DNA of 64,000 nt from Gammaproteobacteria bacterium (GCA_965226155.1 OZ245331.1:207997-271996); one strand, 5' to 3'. Positions 31,931-43,984 are shown, numbered from the stretch's first letter. The notes: a model not told the origin generated them from the letters alone. A program made the numbers and translations.

Positions 31931-32868
31931 TTAATGCCTAACCATCCTACGGGGGGTTATCCTGCCATCATCCAGAACTTCAGCAATCCCCCAAAAGTCT
32001 CTATTTTCGTTATAAATTCGTAAAATACCCTCCGTAGGTGCGTGAGCCACCATCACTGCCTGCCCCTGACCAAGAAAGGAGGAGACTGAATCGGTAAGCA
32101 CAACCTCGGGAATTCCATGGATCACGGCATCAATCGGCAACAGCAACTCATCAATAGCATCCAATCCCTGCTCTGCGAGATTGCGAATAGACTTAAATGA
32201 AGTCATGTTATTCTCATGAAATGGGCCAGTTGCTGTTCGTCGTAAGGAAATTACATGTGCTCCACAGCCCAGTGCATTGCCAATATCTGTTACGAGAGTC
32301 CGGATATATGTCCCTTTCGAGCAAGCCACCTCAATTTCAAACTGTTCACCCGTAAAATCAACCAAGCTATTTTCATATATTTTAATCCGCCCCGTGCTTC
32401 TCTTTTTACTTCTATACCCTGATACGCTAATTTATATAGGCGCTGTCCATTTTGCTTGAGTGCTGAAAACATTGGTGGGACCTGGTCGATAGTTCCCATA
32501 AATTTCTGTAGCGTTGCTTCTATATCCTCTTCCACTAACTGTGGGATAGGACGCTCACTAATAATCTTACCTTCACTATCACCAGTGGCCGTTTCAATCC
32601 CCAGCTGACATCGAGCTACATAACGTTTATTAGCGTTTAGCAAAAACGAGGTGAATTTTGTGGCTTCGCCGAAACAGATCGGTAGTAATCCGGATGCCTG
32701 TTTATCAAGGTTGCCTGTATGCCCTGCTTTATTTGCCTGGTATATGCGTTTTATTTGCTGCAGGGAGTCATTTGAGGTAATACCCGGCAATTTATTCAGC
32801 AGCAACACACCATGCACATCCCGCCCTTTCGATCTTTTCCGTGATTGGTTCAACTTAACAGGATTCAA
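31931..32868 (-). pseudogene. truB: tRNA pseudouridine-55 synthase TruB, frameshifted near 32390
   Basis: N-half has GHTGNLD and QVPPMFSALK; C-half has CSKGTYIRTL and LRRT. The frames join at a G-run (EAR-GG-RIKIYE). Real lesion or read error. Confidence 0.88.
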
Positions 32869-32877
32869 TATTCATTT

Positions 32878-33231
32878 TTAATCTTCCGCATTAAGAGAGT
32901 CAATTAATGCTGACAAATTGGCAGCTCTCTCAATGGAATTATCAAAATAGAATTTTAAAGTTGGGACACTGCGAAGTGTAAGTTTTTTTGATAGTTGATG
33001 TCTGTAATGAGCTGACTGCTCATTTAAAACTTTAATGATTTGCTCCCTATCGACATTATCAGTCAGACTGGTGACGTATATCTTTGCATTTTTGAGATCT
33101 GGGCTTACATCTACTGTGGATATTGTAACGAAATTGATTATTGGATTACTCTGGTCACGTTGTATATAGACCGCTACTTCACTCTGTACCAGATCAGCGA
33201 CTCGCTTGTTTCGACCGAATTCTCTGGGCAT
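32878..33231 (-). CDS. rbfA: Ribosome-binding factor A
   Basis: VDVSPDLKNAKIY and LRSVPTLKF, located after infB. Confidence 0.96.
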   Translation of the reverse strand: MPREFGRNKRVADLVQSEVAVYIQRDQSNPIINFVTISTVDVSPDLKNAKIYVTSLTDNVDREQIIKVLNEQSAHYRHQLSKKLTLRSVPTLKFYFDNSIERAANLSALIDSLNAED

Positions 33232-33331
33232 AGTCTAGTGGAACTTCAAATTAAAGTAGAGGTCTGCTATTTGCTCACCTCTAGTACCATCCAAATACGT
33301 CCAGATAACGCTTATTATCAGCCTATTGAGC

Positions 33332-35878
33332 TTATAAACTTCGTGCAACTTCGATGCGTTCAAATACCTCAATCTGATCTCCGACTTTTATATCATTGTA
33401 GTTTTTAACACCAATTCCACATTCTGTTCCTGATTTGACTTCATTAACATCATATTTAAAGCGCCGTAATGATTCGAGTTCCCCTTCGTAAATCACAATA
33501 TTATCCCTCAACACCCTGATAGGATTATTGCGTCGTACAACACCACTTGATACTAGGCACCCAGCGATATCACCCATCTTTGGCGATCGAAATACTTCGC
33601 CTACTTCAGCAATACCGATTATTTGTTCGCGTATTTCTGGTGCGAGCAGACCACTGACTGCTATCTTAATATCATCGATTACATCGTAGATTATGCTATA
33701 ATAACGGATATCAACACCTTCTTCATTAGATAGTTTACGAGCTACACTATCAGCTCGGACATTAAATCCGATCATGAGACCCTTAGCAGCCATAGCTAAG
33801 TTTACATCTGATTCGGTTATTCCTCCTACACCACTACTTATAATATTGATCTGCACTTCTTCTGATGACAGTTTGTTAAGCGATTCAACCAGTGCCTCGG
33901 CTGATCCTTGTACGTCTGCTTTTATCAAGATATTAAAGATAGACCCCCCGGTTTCGCCAATTTGTGACATTACGTCCTCAAGGTTTGACGCTTGCTGCTT
34001 AGCTAGTTTAACTTCACGGTATTTGCCTTGCCGGAATAACGCGATTTCCCTCGCCTTCTTTTCGTCAGCAACTACATTTAATTCATCCCCAGCATTGGGC
34101 GTAGCTGACAGCCCTAAAACTTCGACCGGAGTAGATGGCCCTGCAGTCTGTATTTCATTACCACTGTCATCATACATTGCTCGGACACGTCCAAATTCCT
34201 GCCCGCTAAGAACGACATCCCCTTTGTTTAGAACCCCGTTTTGCACCAGGAGAGTCGCGACTGGCCCTCTTCCCTTGTCCAATCTAGTCTCAATAATCGT
34301 GCCTGACGCGGGTCCTTCATCGTATGCCTTCAGCTCAATAACATCGGCCTGCAAAAGAATATTCTCAAGTAACTTTTCAACACCGTCTCCGGTTATTGCA
34401 GACACATTGGCAAAAATAGTATCGCCTCCCCATTCTTCTGAGATAACGTCTAGCTTTGATAATTCTTGCTTTATCCTGTCTGGATCTGCGTCTGTCTTGT
34501 CCATTTTATTAATCGCGACAATAATCGGAACAGAACCAGCCTTCGCATGCTGTATTGCTTCTTTTGTTTGCGGCATAACACCATCATCCGCTGCAACTAC
34601 GATAACGACAATATCAGTTACTTTTGCCCCACGGGCACGCATTGCGGTAAATGCTTCATGTCCAGGAGTGTCTAGAAAAGTAATTTGACCATTTTCAGTA
34701 TTAACTACATACGCGCCGATATGCTGGGTAATCCCACCTGCTTCTCCAGCAACTACATTAGTCCGGCGGATGTAGTCAAGAAGTGACGTCTTACCATGAT
34801 CAACATGTCCCATTATGGTGATAATGGGTGCCCGCATCTTTTGTTCACCTTCGGTCACAGTTGATTGGATTATTTCTTCCTCAAACGCGTTTTCTTTCAG
34901 CACCTTTGGTTTATGCCCCATTTCCTCGACGACAATCGATGCCGTATCCTGATCAATAGCCTGGTTTATGGTGACCATGCTTCCAAGATTCATCATCGCC
35001 TTTATCACTTCTGATCCTTTTACAGACATCCGCTGAGCTAACTCAGCGACAGTAATAATTTCAGGGAGTTCAACTTCCCTAACCATCGGTGCAGTAGGCA
35101 TTTCAAATGCATGCTGTGTAGGTCTGTTCACTACAGGGCGAGGTTTTGCATGCTTCTTTCTACGACGACCTGATTTCTCTGTTGCTACATGTAGCTCCTT
35201 AAGATGGCCAACTTTGTCCCATTTTTTATCGCGATCTCTGCCAGGGGTTTTCTCATTAGTAGTATTTGCAACCTCTTGCTTTGCTGGCACCTGTTCTGTT
35301 GCCTGACCTACATCTGCATGTATTCCTGTTTCAACACTTTTTGTATCGAGTTTATCTTCAGAAATTTCCATGTCTTTTTGAACCTCGACGGCTAACGATT
35401 GAGTCGATATGTCTGAAGCAATGTCCGTCTCAGTTAGTGACTCAAGCTCTTTAGCAGCAGCTGCAGCCAACGCCTCAGATTCTGCTAGCTTTCGTTCTGC
35501 TTCCAAAGCTTCGGCTTTCTCTTGTTGTAGCGCTATTTGCTTTGCTTCTTCTTCAATTACCCCACGCTTTGCATAAGTCCGCTTTTTACGGTATTCAACA
35601 TTGACCGTCTTGGAACGTGTTTTGGTCCTGCCATGCGTCGAGATCGGCACCTTGATCTCACTGATTGTTTTCCGCTTCAGTGTAATTCTTCGTGGTTCGG
35701 ACGAATCATCTTTGCCATGTTTTCGTCGCAAAAATCCCAGCAATTCTGATTTTTCATTGTCGGAAATCAGATCACTCGGCGACTTATCTGATAAGCCAGC
35801 CTCATGTAACTGTTCCAGCAAACGGTCTTCCGATATTCCGATAACTTCAGCATACTGACTAACAGTCACATCAGGCAT
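33332..35878 (-). CDS. infB: Translation initiation factor IF-2
   Basis: [18 protein letters not shown] and KADVQGS. Confidence 0.98.
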   Translation of the reverse strand: MPDVTVSQYAEVIGISEDRLLEQLHEAGLSDKSPSDLISDNEKSELLGFLRRKHGKDDSSEPRRITLKRKTISEIKVPISTHGRTKTRSKTVNVEYRKKRTYAKRGVIEEEAKQIALQQEKAEALEAERKLAESEALAAAAAKELESLTETDIASDISTQSLAVEVQKDMEISEDKLDTKSVETGIHADVGQATEQVPAKQEVANTTNEKTPGRDRDKKWDKVGHLKELHVATEKSGRRRKKHAKPRPVVNRPTQHAFEMPTAPMVREVELPEIITVAELAQRMSVKGSEVIKAMMNLGSMVTINQAIDQDTASIVVEEMGHKPKVLKENAFEEEIIQSTVTEGEQKMRAPIITIMGHVDHGKTSLLDYIRRTNVVAGEAGGITQHIGAYVVNTENGQITFLDTPGHEAFTAMRARGAKVTDIVVIVVAADDGVMPQTKEAIQHAKAGSVPIIVAINKMDKTDADPDRIKQELSKLDVISEEWGGDTIFANVSAITGDGVEKLLENILLQADVIELKAYDEGPASGTIIETRLDKGRGPVATLLVQNGVLNKGDVVLSGQEFGRVRAMYDDSGNEIQTAGPSTPVEVLGLSATPNAGDELNVVADEKKAREIALFRQGKYREVKLAKQQASNLEDVMSQIGETGGSIFNILIKADVQGSAEALVESLNKLSSEEVQINIISSGVGGITESDVNLAMAAKGLMIGFNVRADSVARKLSNEEGVDIRYYSIIYDVIDDIKIAVSGLLAPEIREQIIGIAEVGEVFRSPKMGDIAGCLVSSGVVRRNNPIRVLRDNIVIYEGELESLRRFKYDVNEVKSGTECGIGVKNYNDIKVGDQIEVFERIEVARSL

Positions 35879-37394
35879 CTGATACACTCTCTACTTTTTG
35901 TTCCTCATTCTCAAACCAAGGAAGTCGAGCAGTCATTATTAATTTTCCTGCACGGACCTTGTCCAAACCCTCTATCACCATCAGTTCATCAACCGATTGT
36001 TCGGCAAGATCTTCCATTGAAATAATTCCCTGCCCTGCAAGTTCATAAGCTAGCGCTTCATCCATTCCATCCATTTTTAATAAGTCCTCGGCTGGCTCAA
36101 CATCGGCCAACTTCTCCTCATTGACGATTGCACGCGTCAACATTACTTCACGGGCACGATCCCTGATTTCGTTAACCAAAGTTTCATCAAATTCCTCTAT
36201 ATCAGTCATTTCCTTTTCCGGAACATAAGCCACTTCTTCAATACTAGAAAAGCCTTCCTGTACCAGGATATTTGCCACTTCCTCATCTACGCCCAGATGT
36301 TCCTTAAATAATTCTGATAACACTTGGGATTCTGCTTCACTCTTTTCATCCGCTTGGTGCTCCCACATGACATTGAGTTCCCACTTTGTCAGTTCACTGG
36401 CCAACCGTACATTCTGACCGCCGCGCCCTATTGCCTGAGATAGGTTTTCTTCAGCTACCGCCACATCCATACTATGCGATTCCTCATCTACGAGTATCGA
36501 AGCTACTTCTGCTGGCGCCATAGCGTTAATGACGAATTGAGCGGGATTTTCGTCCCATAAGATGATGTCCACTCTCTCCCCAGCCAGCTCATTCGATACC
36601 GCCTGCACCCTGGAACCACGCATTCCGACACAGGCTCCGATGGGGTCAATACGTGGGTCATTAGCCTTAACGGCAATTTTTGCGCGGGAACCTGGATCCC
36701 TCGCACCATTTTTAATTTCGATCAATCCTTCGTTAATTTCAGGCACTTCAATCTTGAACAGTTCAATCAACAGTTCGGAGGCTGTACGACTTAGAAACAA
36801 TTGTGGTCCTCTAGCCTCGGAACGCACGTCTCGTAAATAAGCTCTATGTCTATCACCTGGTCTCATCACCTCTCTCGGTATCAGCGCATCTCGAGTGATC
36901 AAAGCCTCAGCATTATTTCCAAGATCCATAATGACACTGCCACGTTCAACACGTTTCACTACGCCACTGACCATTTCTCCTACACGATCTTGATAAGCTT
37001 CGATTACCTGGTCTCTTTCTGCTTCTCTAACTTTTTGAACAATAACTTGTTTTGCAGTTTGTGCAGCTATACGGCCAAATTCTACCGAAGGCATCATCTC
37101 CTCAATAAAATCATCAATCTCAATATCAGGATTATCCTCGTGAGCATAGGTTAAACGTATTTGCCGAGATGGAAACTCCAGTGGATCTTGGCCATCTTCC
37201 AAAACTTCCCATTGACGAAATGTTTCATAATCACCTGTTTCTCGATCAATCGACACTCTCGCTTCGATATCTTCACGATGACGTTTTTTTGTGGCCATAG
37301 CCAACGCTGCTTCGATCGCTTCAAAGATGGTCTCTTTTGCAACGCCTTTTTCATTTGAAACGACGTCTACGACCAATAAAATTTCTTTGTTCAT
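35871..37394 (-). CDS. nusA: Transcription factor NusA
   Basis: [31 protein letters not shown] and [13 protein letters not shown]. Confidence 0.98.
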   Translation of the reverse strand: MNKEILLVVDVVSNEKGVAKETIFEAIEAALAMATKKRHREDIEARVSIDRETGDYETFRQWEVLEDGQDPLEFPSRQIRLTYAHEDNPDIEIDDFIEEMMPSVEFGRIAAQTAKQVIVQKVREAERDQVIEAYQDRVGEMVSGVVKRVERGSVIMDLGNNAEALITRDALIPREVMRPGDRHRAYLRDVRSEARGPQLFLSRTASELLIELFKIEVPEINEGLIEIKNGARDPGSRAKIAVKANDPRIDPIGACVGMRGSRVQAVSNELAGERVDIILWDENPAQFVINAMAPAEVASILVDEESHSMDVAVAEENLSQAIGRGGQNVRLASELTKWELNVMWEHQADEKSEAESQVLSELFKEHLGVDEEVANILVQEGFSSIEEVAYVPEKEMTDIEEFDETLVNEIRDRAREVMLTRAIVNEEKLADVEPAEDLLKMDGMDEALAYELAGQGIISMEDLAEQSVDELMVIEGLDKVRAGKLIMTARLPWFENEEQKVESVSDA

Positions 37395-37879
37395 TAATTT
37401 TTTCTCTTACTCTGTTTAACTTTGTCAATTTCAGGCATCAGGTGAGCATGGTCAATGAGTGCGCCCGGCACATGATACGTTTCATCCTGTTCCCTAATAA
37501 AAATAATCCCATCTTTTGTTCCCTCGATGATCCCTGTAATTTTTCGCCGGCCTTCGAACTTCCCAGAAATTTTTACATGAACCTTGCATCCTGAATAATT
37601 TTCGAACTGCTCTAGTGTAAAAACCGGCCGATCCAGCCCGGGAGAAGAAACTTCAAGCGTATAGCTTCCTTGGATTGGATCATCTACGTCCATTACGCCT
37701 ACAACAAACTGACTAACATGTTCACAATCGGTGATCGAGATACCTGATCCCTTATCTATATAGATACGCACCAACTTGCTATGACCTTGAGGCACTATTT
37801 CAACGCCGAGCATGTCATAACCCATATTTTTGATTACAGGTCCGATCAACTCTACAAGCTTTTTATTCTGCTGATACAT
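37394..37879 (-). CDS. rimP: Ribosome maturation factor RimP
   Basis: RIYIDK, DCEHVS and [13 protein letters not shown]. Confidence 0.95.
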   Translation of the reverse strand: MYQQNKKLVELIGPVIKNMGYDMLGVEIVPQGHSKLVRIYIDKGSGISITDCEHVSQFVVGVMDVDDPIQGSYTLEVSSPGLDRPVFTLEQFENYSGCKVHVKISGKFEGRRKITGIIEGTKDGIIFIREQDETYHVPGALIDHAHLMPEIDKVKQSKRKN

Positions 37880-37890
37880 CTGGTAAAAAC

Positions 37891-37916
37891 AAAAAATGGG
37901 CTCGAAGCCCACTTTT
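37891..37916 (-). promoter_or_regulatory. rimP-leader hairpin (terminator/attenuator-like)
   Basis: AAAAGTGGGC-TTCGA-GCCCATTTTTT directly upstream of rimP, matching the hairpin conserved before gammaproteobacterial rimP. Confidence 0.7.
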
Positions 37917-38046
37917 AGATATCCCTAGTTATTCCGTCTGACCAAAGTATAGCCATAGAATTACCCTACTGCCAATAACATCTTCCAGTAATTCATAACA
38001 CAATCGCAAATTAACAACTTCCACATTGCGGGTTACCAAGCAGGAA

Positions 38047-38123
<77 letters not shown>

Positions 38124-38192
38124 ATAGAGGTGGCGCATATTACAGCGAAAGTTATGGTTTATCAAGGTAATAGAGCGTAATTGAGTAGCTGT

Positions 38193-39273
38193 TTAGAATC
38201 CTATGTTAACCGCACGGGCACTCGCTTTACCCCCCCAGTTACCGGGTTGGGATTCAAACACGCCGGGACATGGTGTACCACAATTTCCACACTTCCCACT
38301 ATCCTGCAGTTGCCACAACTGAAGTTCATACCAGTCGCGAACAATTACAGGTTGATGACAGCCTGAGCAATGGGTAGTACCTCCCTCCGAGTCATGTACA
38401 TTTCCGGTATAAACAAAATTCAATCCATTTTTAATGGCTATCTCCCTTGCCCTAGATAGGGTAGCAGCAGGAGTATGCTCTTTGTCACGCATTTTCCAAT
38501 CAGGATGAAAAGCGGTAAAGTGCAATGGAACGTCGTTACCAAGATTTTCTGCAATCCATTGGGTCATGGATTCTATTTCACTGTCACTGTCATTTTCACC
38601 GGGTATCATCAGGTTGGTTATCTCAAACCATACATTGGTTTCATGTTTTATATAATAAAGGGTATCGAGCACTGATTGGAGACTCCCGCCAGTTATATTT
38701 CGATAAAACTTTTCAGTAAACGCCTTCAGATCCACATTAGCTGCATCCATATATCGATAGAATTCTTGTCTTGGTTCAGGACACACATATCCAGCTGTCA
38801 CTGCTACAGCTTTAACACCCCAAGCATGACCGGCCTGAGCAACATCAATCGCATATTCATGGAAAATGACTGGGTCGTTATACGTAAACGCAATTGATCG
38901 ACAACCTAAATCAACCGCTGTCTGTGCCAATTTTGCCGGTGTTGCCGCATCAGCCAATGTATCTATCTCACGAGATTTACTGATATCCCAGTTTTGACAA
39001 AATTTACAGGCAAGATTGCATCCAGCTGTCCCAAAAGACAGAACCGGTGTGCCTGGTAAAAATGGTTGGGTGGGTTTTTTCGATCAGATCAATACAGAAC
39101 CCACTAGACCTTCCATAACTGGTTAGTACAACTTTGTCCTCATGGTTTGCACGAACAAAACATAAACCTCGTTGACCATCACGGAGTTTGCAAGCCCTAG
39201 GACACATATCGCATTGGACCCTGCCATCATCCATGGTATGCCAATATCTAGTGGGGGCAAATGATTCTCTCAT
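38193..39273 (-). pseudogene. amrS: AmmeMemoRadiSam radical SAM enzyme, frameshifted at about 39055-39080 and probably at the G7 run 38230-38236
   Basis: N-terminal VQCDMCPRAC...GLCFVR. After the shift it reads PGTPVLSFGTAGCNLACKFCQNWDIS (CxxxCxxC), then AFTYNDP, NVDLKAF, PLHFTAFHP, YTGNV and a C-terminal CxxC pair. Confidence 0.88.
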
Positions 39274-39347
39274 ATTCTGTAAATGGGTTGATTATTTCAG
39301 ATTTCCTATCTATAACATTAGCAGATAAAATAATATTTTTTAGGACT

Positions 39348-40742
39348 ATGTCGATAACATCATCAAAACGACTGACTGAACTATCCAGCACAGTCCGTCA
39401 GCCAGGGGTAGCCGGATTTTTCTATCCGAAAAATCCAAATGAATTACAGCAGATGATCCAAACCTTGCTGCAGGAGACTAAAGCGAATGTTCCACCACCG
39501 AAAGCACTGATCGCACCCCATGCCGGATACATCTATTCAGGACCGGTGGCTGCAAGTGCCTACGCTACTCTGTCTCCCTTGAGACACACCATAAAACGCG
39601 TTGTACTCCTAGGTCCTGCGCATCGTGTTTATCTGCAGGGGATGGCTCTAGCTAGCGCTAGTCAATTTGCCACTCCATTAGGTGTAATACAAGTCGTGTC
39701 ATGAACTAACTGAAAGGGTTAAACAATTTCCTGTCGTATCAGTTATGGATTCTGCATTTGAACAAGAACACAGTCTTGAAGTACACATGCCTTTTTTACA
39801 ATACGCGCTAGAAGACTTTACTTTATTACCCATCGTCGTGGGTGACACACCTGCAAATCAGGTTGCTGATGTTCTTAGAGCGGTATGGGGGGCGATGAAA
39901 CTCTAATCGTTATCAGTTCAGATCTGAGCCATTATCATGATTATGAAACAGCGAAAAAATTAGATGATAAAACGGGGCAATATATTAAGACCTTGCAAAA
40001 CGAAAAACTCGGGTCTCGACAGGCTTGTGGGTGCATGCCTATGCATGGTTTGCTGGAGATTGCAAAACAAGAAGGGCATACAGTCAACATCCTTGATATC
40101 CGTAATTCCGGCGACACAGCAGGTAACCATGACAAGGTAGTCGCTTACGGTGCGTTTTCTGTCCATCAAAATAATGAATTTAACACCTTACAATGTACTC
40201 AACTTCTAGAAGTTGCCTGCCAAAGTATAGAACAGGGTTTCGACAATGGTAGTGCTTTACAAGTGAACCCTGGACGATATGACACTGACCTACAACAAAA
40301 TCGAGCAACTTTCGTAACCTTAACTTTCAACAATCAACTTCGAGGGTGTATGGGCACAACTGAAATCGTATCTACTCTGTTACAAAGTGTAGCTGACGGA
40401 GCTTTCAATGCGGCATTTAGTGATCCTAGATTCAATAAATTGACCCAGCAAGAATTTGAAGCATGCCGAATCGGTATTTCTATTTTAACTGCAAAGCAGG
40501 AAATTAATTTTGATTCCGAAGGTTCCCTATTAGAGCAAATACGACCTGGAAAGGATGGACTGATTATAGAACGTGGCCAGCACAAGGCCACATTCTTGCC
40601 CACAGTATGGGAAAGCATCACTGACCCTGAACAATTTTTGTATGGGCTAAAATCCAAGGCCGGGATTGCTGCCATAGACACACTCGACAAGGCTTGGAGT
40701 TACGGATCGGAATCATTCTCCATATTGGTTTCAGAACGCTAG
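39348..40742 (+). pseudogene. amrB: Fused AmmeMemoRadiSam protein B (Memo) and protein A (AMMECR1) with two compensating frameshifts (about 39695 and the G-run 39887-39892)
   Basis: Memo part: VAGFFYP, PHAGYIYSG, LGPAH, (shifted frame) EHSLEVHMPFLQ, SSDLSHY, ACG and NSGD. AMMECR1 part: FVTL...LRGCMG, AAFSDPRF and ATFLPTV. Confidence 0.88.
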
Positions 40743-40753
40743 CATCTAAGCTA

Positions 40754-41314
40754 CTACTTACTCAGAGCAGTTTTCAATCGGCTGATTTCACTGCCCGCAT
40801 GTTCTGCACCATCTTTATCACCCTGCTTAGTTTTTGCCTGCTCAATAATATGCCAATTACCTAGCTGCAATTGTGTGTCTTTGAGAGAGAGCGAATTGGA
40901 CTTATTTGCAAGCACATAGGCCTGTTGCCAATTTTTTTGACTGAGCCTAACATTTGCTAAACGATTCCAGAGCAGAGGATTTTTAGGGTCAAGTTCTAGA
41001 CTTCTTTCTATCAAAGCAGCAGCGGATTCATTATTACCCATCTTCAATTCCTGTTCTGCATCTGATAATAGGGAAGAGATAACGGGGTTGCTTTGGTACC
41101 TGTAACCACTGGTTCCCATTAATGCCTCAGTGGCATTGCTCGATTCAGTGATAGCTTGCGGCTCCGATCTGGATAATATTTTTTTTGATCTCATAGGATC
41201 GGAAATCGAATGATCGATAACCGGGATCTCATCACGATGGATAGCCGTCGAACAACCTGCGCCACTGATCAAGATCAGTAAGATTAATACTCGCAATGCA
41301 TGGTTTCTATTCAT
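40754..41314 (-). CDS. TPR lipoprotein, probable PBP1B activator (LpoP-like)
   Basis: Lipobox GAGC, a TPR (AAALIERSLELDPKNPLLWNRLA), and position directly downstream of the PBP1B gene. Confidence 0.75.
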   Translation of the reverse strand: MNRNHALRVLILLILISGAGCSTAIHRDEIPVIDHSISDPMRSKKILSRSEPQAITESSNATEALMGTSGYRYQSNPVISSLLSDAEQELKMGNNESAAALIERSLELDPKNPLLWNRLANVRLSQKNWQQAYVLANKSNSLSLKDTQLQLGNWHIIEQAKTKQGDKDGAEHAGSEISRLKTALSK

Positions 41315-41355
41315 TATTGAAATACGTTAAAAAAGTCAAAAATGGACCGCTCAGA

Positions 41356-43626
41356 CTAGCATGTTAACTGGTTGCCGGGATTACTACCTGTTAAATACGG
41401 TATGCTGTTCAGTGCAAGACATGAATCCTTAAATTTGATACCCGAAATCTCTTGCCAGTTAATTTCATCAGGCGCTACTTGGTTCAGCGATCGTATTTTC
41501 AGGCTCGCCATTATATCGGACCAGATCCGCATTGCGCCAGTTGCACCACTGAAAGGTGTTGGAAGATTATCATCCCTGCCCAGCCAGATCACCATTAACA
41601 AGTCATCACTGAATCCGGCAAACCAGCTATCACGTGAATCATTGGTTGTACCAGTTTTACCAGCAAGGGTTTCATTGTTCACGAAACTCTGGCCTAACTG
41701 TCGGGCTGTACCTATTTTAACCACCCACGTTAACAGGTAATTGGTTAAATATACTGCACCACTATCAAATACCTGTTCAATTTCCAACTGATGCCGCTGT
41801 AGTGGCTTGCCTTGATTATCCAAGACTGCACGAATGGTTTTTATTGGAACCCGATACCCGCCATTGGCAAGAGTTTGATATGACTGTGCGACCTGCAAGG
41901 GTGAAATGTCAATAGAGCCCAGTAACAATGATGGAAAAGGGTTAATTCCTGACTTGATGCCTGCGTTTTGAAGTGTTTTAACAATCTTTTCTAAACCTAC
42001 CGACATTCCAAGATGAATCGTAGCCAGGTTATAGGAATTAACAAAAGCTTCAATCAGGGTAATGGGTCCATGTTGAAGGTGGTCGTAATTATCCGGTTGC
42101 CAAGTAGTATCATCCTTTTGGGGGAGTGAAATTTTAGAATCCATTAGTTCCGAGAGTATGTTGTATGCATCCGGCTCAGACAGTGCAGTGAGATATACAA
42201 AAGGTTTTATCAATGAGCCTATAGGCCTTCTGGCATCTACTACTCTGTTGAAACCCGCCTGATCCCGGTCTCTTCCGCCAATCAAAGCAACGATTTCACC
42301 GTTCTCTGGACGAACGATTACTGAAGCAGTCTCAAGAGAATCAGGCGGTAATGAATGGTCTTTTTCAAGGCTCTCAATCCTTCGTAAAACTTTTTGTTCC
42401 GCTGTGTCCTGGATAATAGGATCTAGGGTAGTAAATATTCGTAGGCCCTCATTTTTAAGATCAGCAATATTATAATCTTCAAGCAGCTGCCGTTTTGCAA
42501 GATCGAGAAAAGCAGGATATTTGGACTGAGACCAGCCGGGCTTTTCGATAATTTGCAAAGGCTGAGACTGTAGGGCTAACAGATCATTATTATCAAGATG
42601 CTTCTGCTGATGCATCAGCTTGAGAACGAGATCGCGCCTTGCCTTAGCTCTCTCAGGGTGTGCTCTTGGGTTGTAATAAGATGCGCCTCGAACCAAGCCA
42701 ATTAGTAATGCAAGTTGAGCACGATTCAGCTCAGGCAAAGGTTTGCGATAATAATATTCCGCCGCTGTTCCAAATCCATGGATACTACGTGCGCCATGCT
42801 GCCCTAGATAAATCTCGTTTATATAAGCTTCGAGTATGGCCTTTTTTGAATAACGTCTCTCCAGTAATACAGCCATGAACATTTCGTTTATCTTTCTTGT
42901 CAGGGTGCGCTCGCGGGTCAGGAAGTAATTTTTCACGAGTTGCTGAGTCACCGTACTACCGCCCTGTACGATATCTCCGGAACGTATATTCACCAGAAAA
43001 GCCCTCAAAATTCCGTACAAATCGATACCAAAATGACTGTAAAAACCCCTGTCTTCTACTGACAGCAAGGCATCGTACAGAAATTGTGGTACCTCATCGT
43101 AACGAACCAGAATCCTATCTTCATTATGATCTGGATAAACTTTGCCGATTAATTGCGGCTCTAGCCTGACATGAGTCAATTGATTGCCAGTAATCGAGTC
43201 ATCAATTCGGTTAACTTCCCCTGAGATAACTGAAACTCGGTATCTAGCAGCATCCTCTTGACCACCCCAATAATCAAACGAACGACCATATATCTCTATC
43301 GTCTGATCACGTTTTTGGTATTGTCCAGGACGAGTGACGACACCAGTGAATTGATAGTTAGTCGCTTTTAATGAATGCTCAATTTGAGCCAAGGTCAATC
43401 TTTGACCAAGATAAATTTCTAAAGGCTTGGCATAAACACGAGTTGGTAAGGACCATCTCTTACCTTTAAATTCTGAATGGATTCTGTAATCAAGCCACAA
43501 AAAATAACTGAGTCCAAGACAAATAATTATTATAAAAAGCTGCAGGATTAATAACGGAGAAACGGTAAATTTCTTGTTCTTTAAACTTGTCGCTTTTCGG
43601 CTTTTTTTCGATCGTCGCCTGTGCAT
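41356..43626 (-). CDS. mrcB: Penicillin-binding protein 1B
   Basis: TM anchor, UB2H-like region, glycosyltransferase motifs EDRGF and GGSTVTQQLVKN, transpeptidase motifs SLIK, SYN and KTG. Confidence 0.94.
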   Translation of the reverse strand: MHRRRSKKSRKATSLKNKKFTVSPLLILQLFIIIICLGLSYFLWLDYRIHSEFKGKRWSLPTRVYAKPLEIYLGQRLTLAQIEHSLKATNYQFTGVVTRPGQYQKRDQTIEIYGRSFDYWGGQEDAARYRVSVISGEVNRIDDSITGNQLTHVRLEPQLIGKVYPDHNEDRILVRYDEVPQFLYDALLSVEDRGFYSHFGIDLYGILRAFLVNIRSGDIVQGGSTVTQQLVKNYFLTRERTLTRKINEMFMAVLLERRYSKKAILEAYINEIYLGQHGARSIHGFGTAAEYYYRKPLPELNRAQLALLIGLVRGASYYNPRAHPERAKARRDLVLKLMHQQKHLDNNDLLALQSQPLQIIEKPGWSQSKYPAFLDLAKRQLLEDYNIADLKNEGLRIFTTLDPIIQDTAEQKVLRRIESLEKDHSLPPDSLETASVIVRPENGEIVALIGGRDRDQAGFNRVVDARRPIGSLIKPFVYLTALSEPDAYNILSELMDSKISLPQKDDTTWQPDNYDHLQHGPITLIEAFVNSYNLATIHLGMSVGLEKIVKTLQNAGIKSGINPFPSLLLGSIDISPLQVAQSYQTLANGGYRVPIKTIRAVLDNQGKPLQRHQLEIEQVFDSGAVYLTNYLLTWVVKIGTARQLGQSFVNNETLAGKTGTTNDSRDSWFAGFSDDLLMVIWLGRDDNLPTPFSGATGAMRIWSDIMASLKIRSLNQVAPDEINWQEISGIKFKDSCLALNSIPYLTGSNPGNQLTC

Positions 43627-43666
43627 GGTTTAGGATAAAAATTAGCAATTATGCCCAGGAAAAGGC

Positions 43667-43694
43667 AAAAAAAAGGCCCCAATTATTGGGGCCT
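43667..43694 (-). terminator. Intrinsic terminator of the small basic-protein gene
   Basis: AGGCCCC-AATTATT-GGGGCCT stem preceded by A8 on the + strand (U-tract on the - strand). Confidence 0.8.
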
Positions 43695-43725
43695 ACAATT
43701 AGTGTCGAGAGGCATCTGGCGAACA

Positions 43726-43903
43726 TCATTTCTTCTTCCCCTTTGCAACCAATTTCTTTACAAGAGCCTGGCGTTTCTCTCTCCCCGCTTTAACCTCTGT
43801 TTTAGCTTTCTGAGCAGGTGTTAATTTCGAGGCTTTATTTTTTTTTGGCTTTCTTCTTAGCTTTTCTCTTTGTTACTTTTTTCTTAGCTTTCTTCTTAGC
43901 CAT
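43726..43903 (-). CDS. Unannotated Lys-rich histone-H1/protamine-like miniprotein (22 aa as read; 58 aa if the A9 tract is A8)
   Basis: GGGGAG SD 8 nt before the ATG. Reads MAKKKAKKKVTKRKAKKKAKK and continues in the +1 frame as NKASKLTPAQKAKTEVKAGREKRQALVKKLVAKGKKK-TGA. Flanked by TATAAT and a terminator. Confidence 0.78.
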
Positions 43904-43984
43904 AACGTTTACTCCCCTAGTACAAGTTGGATTAAAGAAGTACTTCTACAACACAACAACACAAAAAAATACAACTTGGAGACT

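Noticed and set aside
33774-34688. 304-aa ORF antisense to infB, and similar antisense ORFs over lon, pnp, surE and argF
   Set aside because: Antisense shadows of conserved genes with Ser/Ile/Thr-biased composition and no family features.
39702-39704. Selenocysteine or stop-codon readthrough at premature TGA codons (amrB, dnaQ)
   Set aside because: The homologous sequence continues in a different frame, so these are indels and not recoded stops.
43726-43790. RpoD region 1.1 remnant (KKLVAKGKKK resembles LIAKGKEQG)
   Set aside because: The match is short and low-complexity, and it is followed by a stop and terminator with no further sigma-like sequence.
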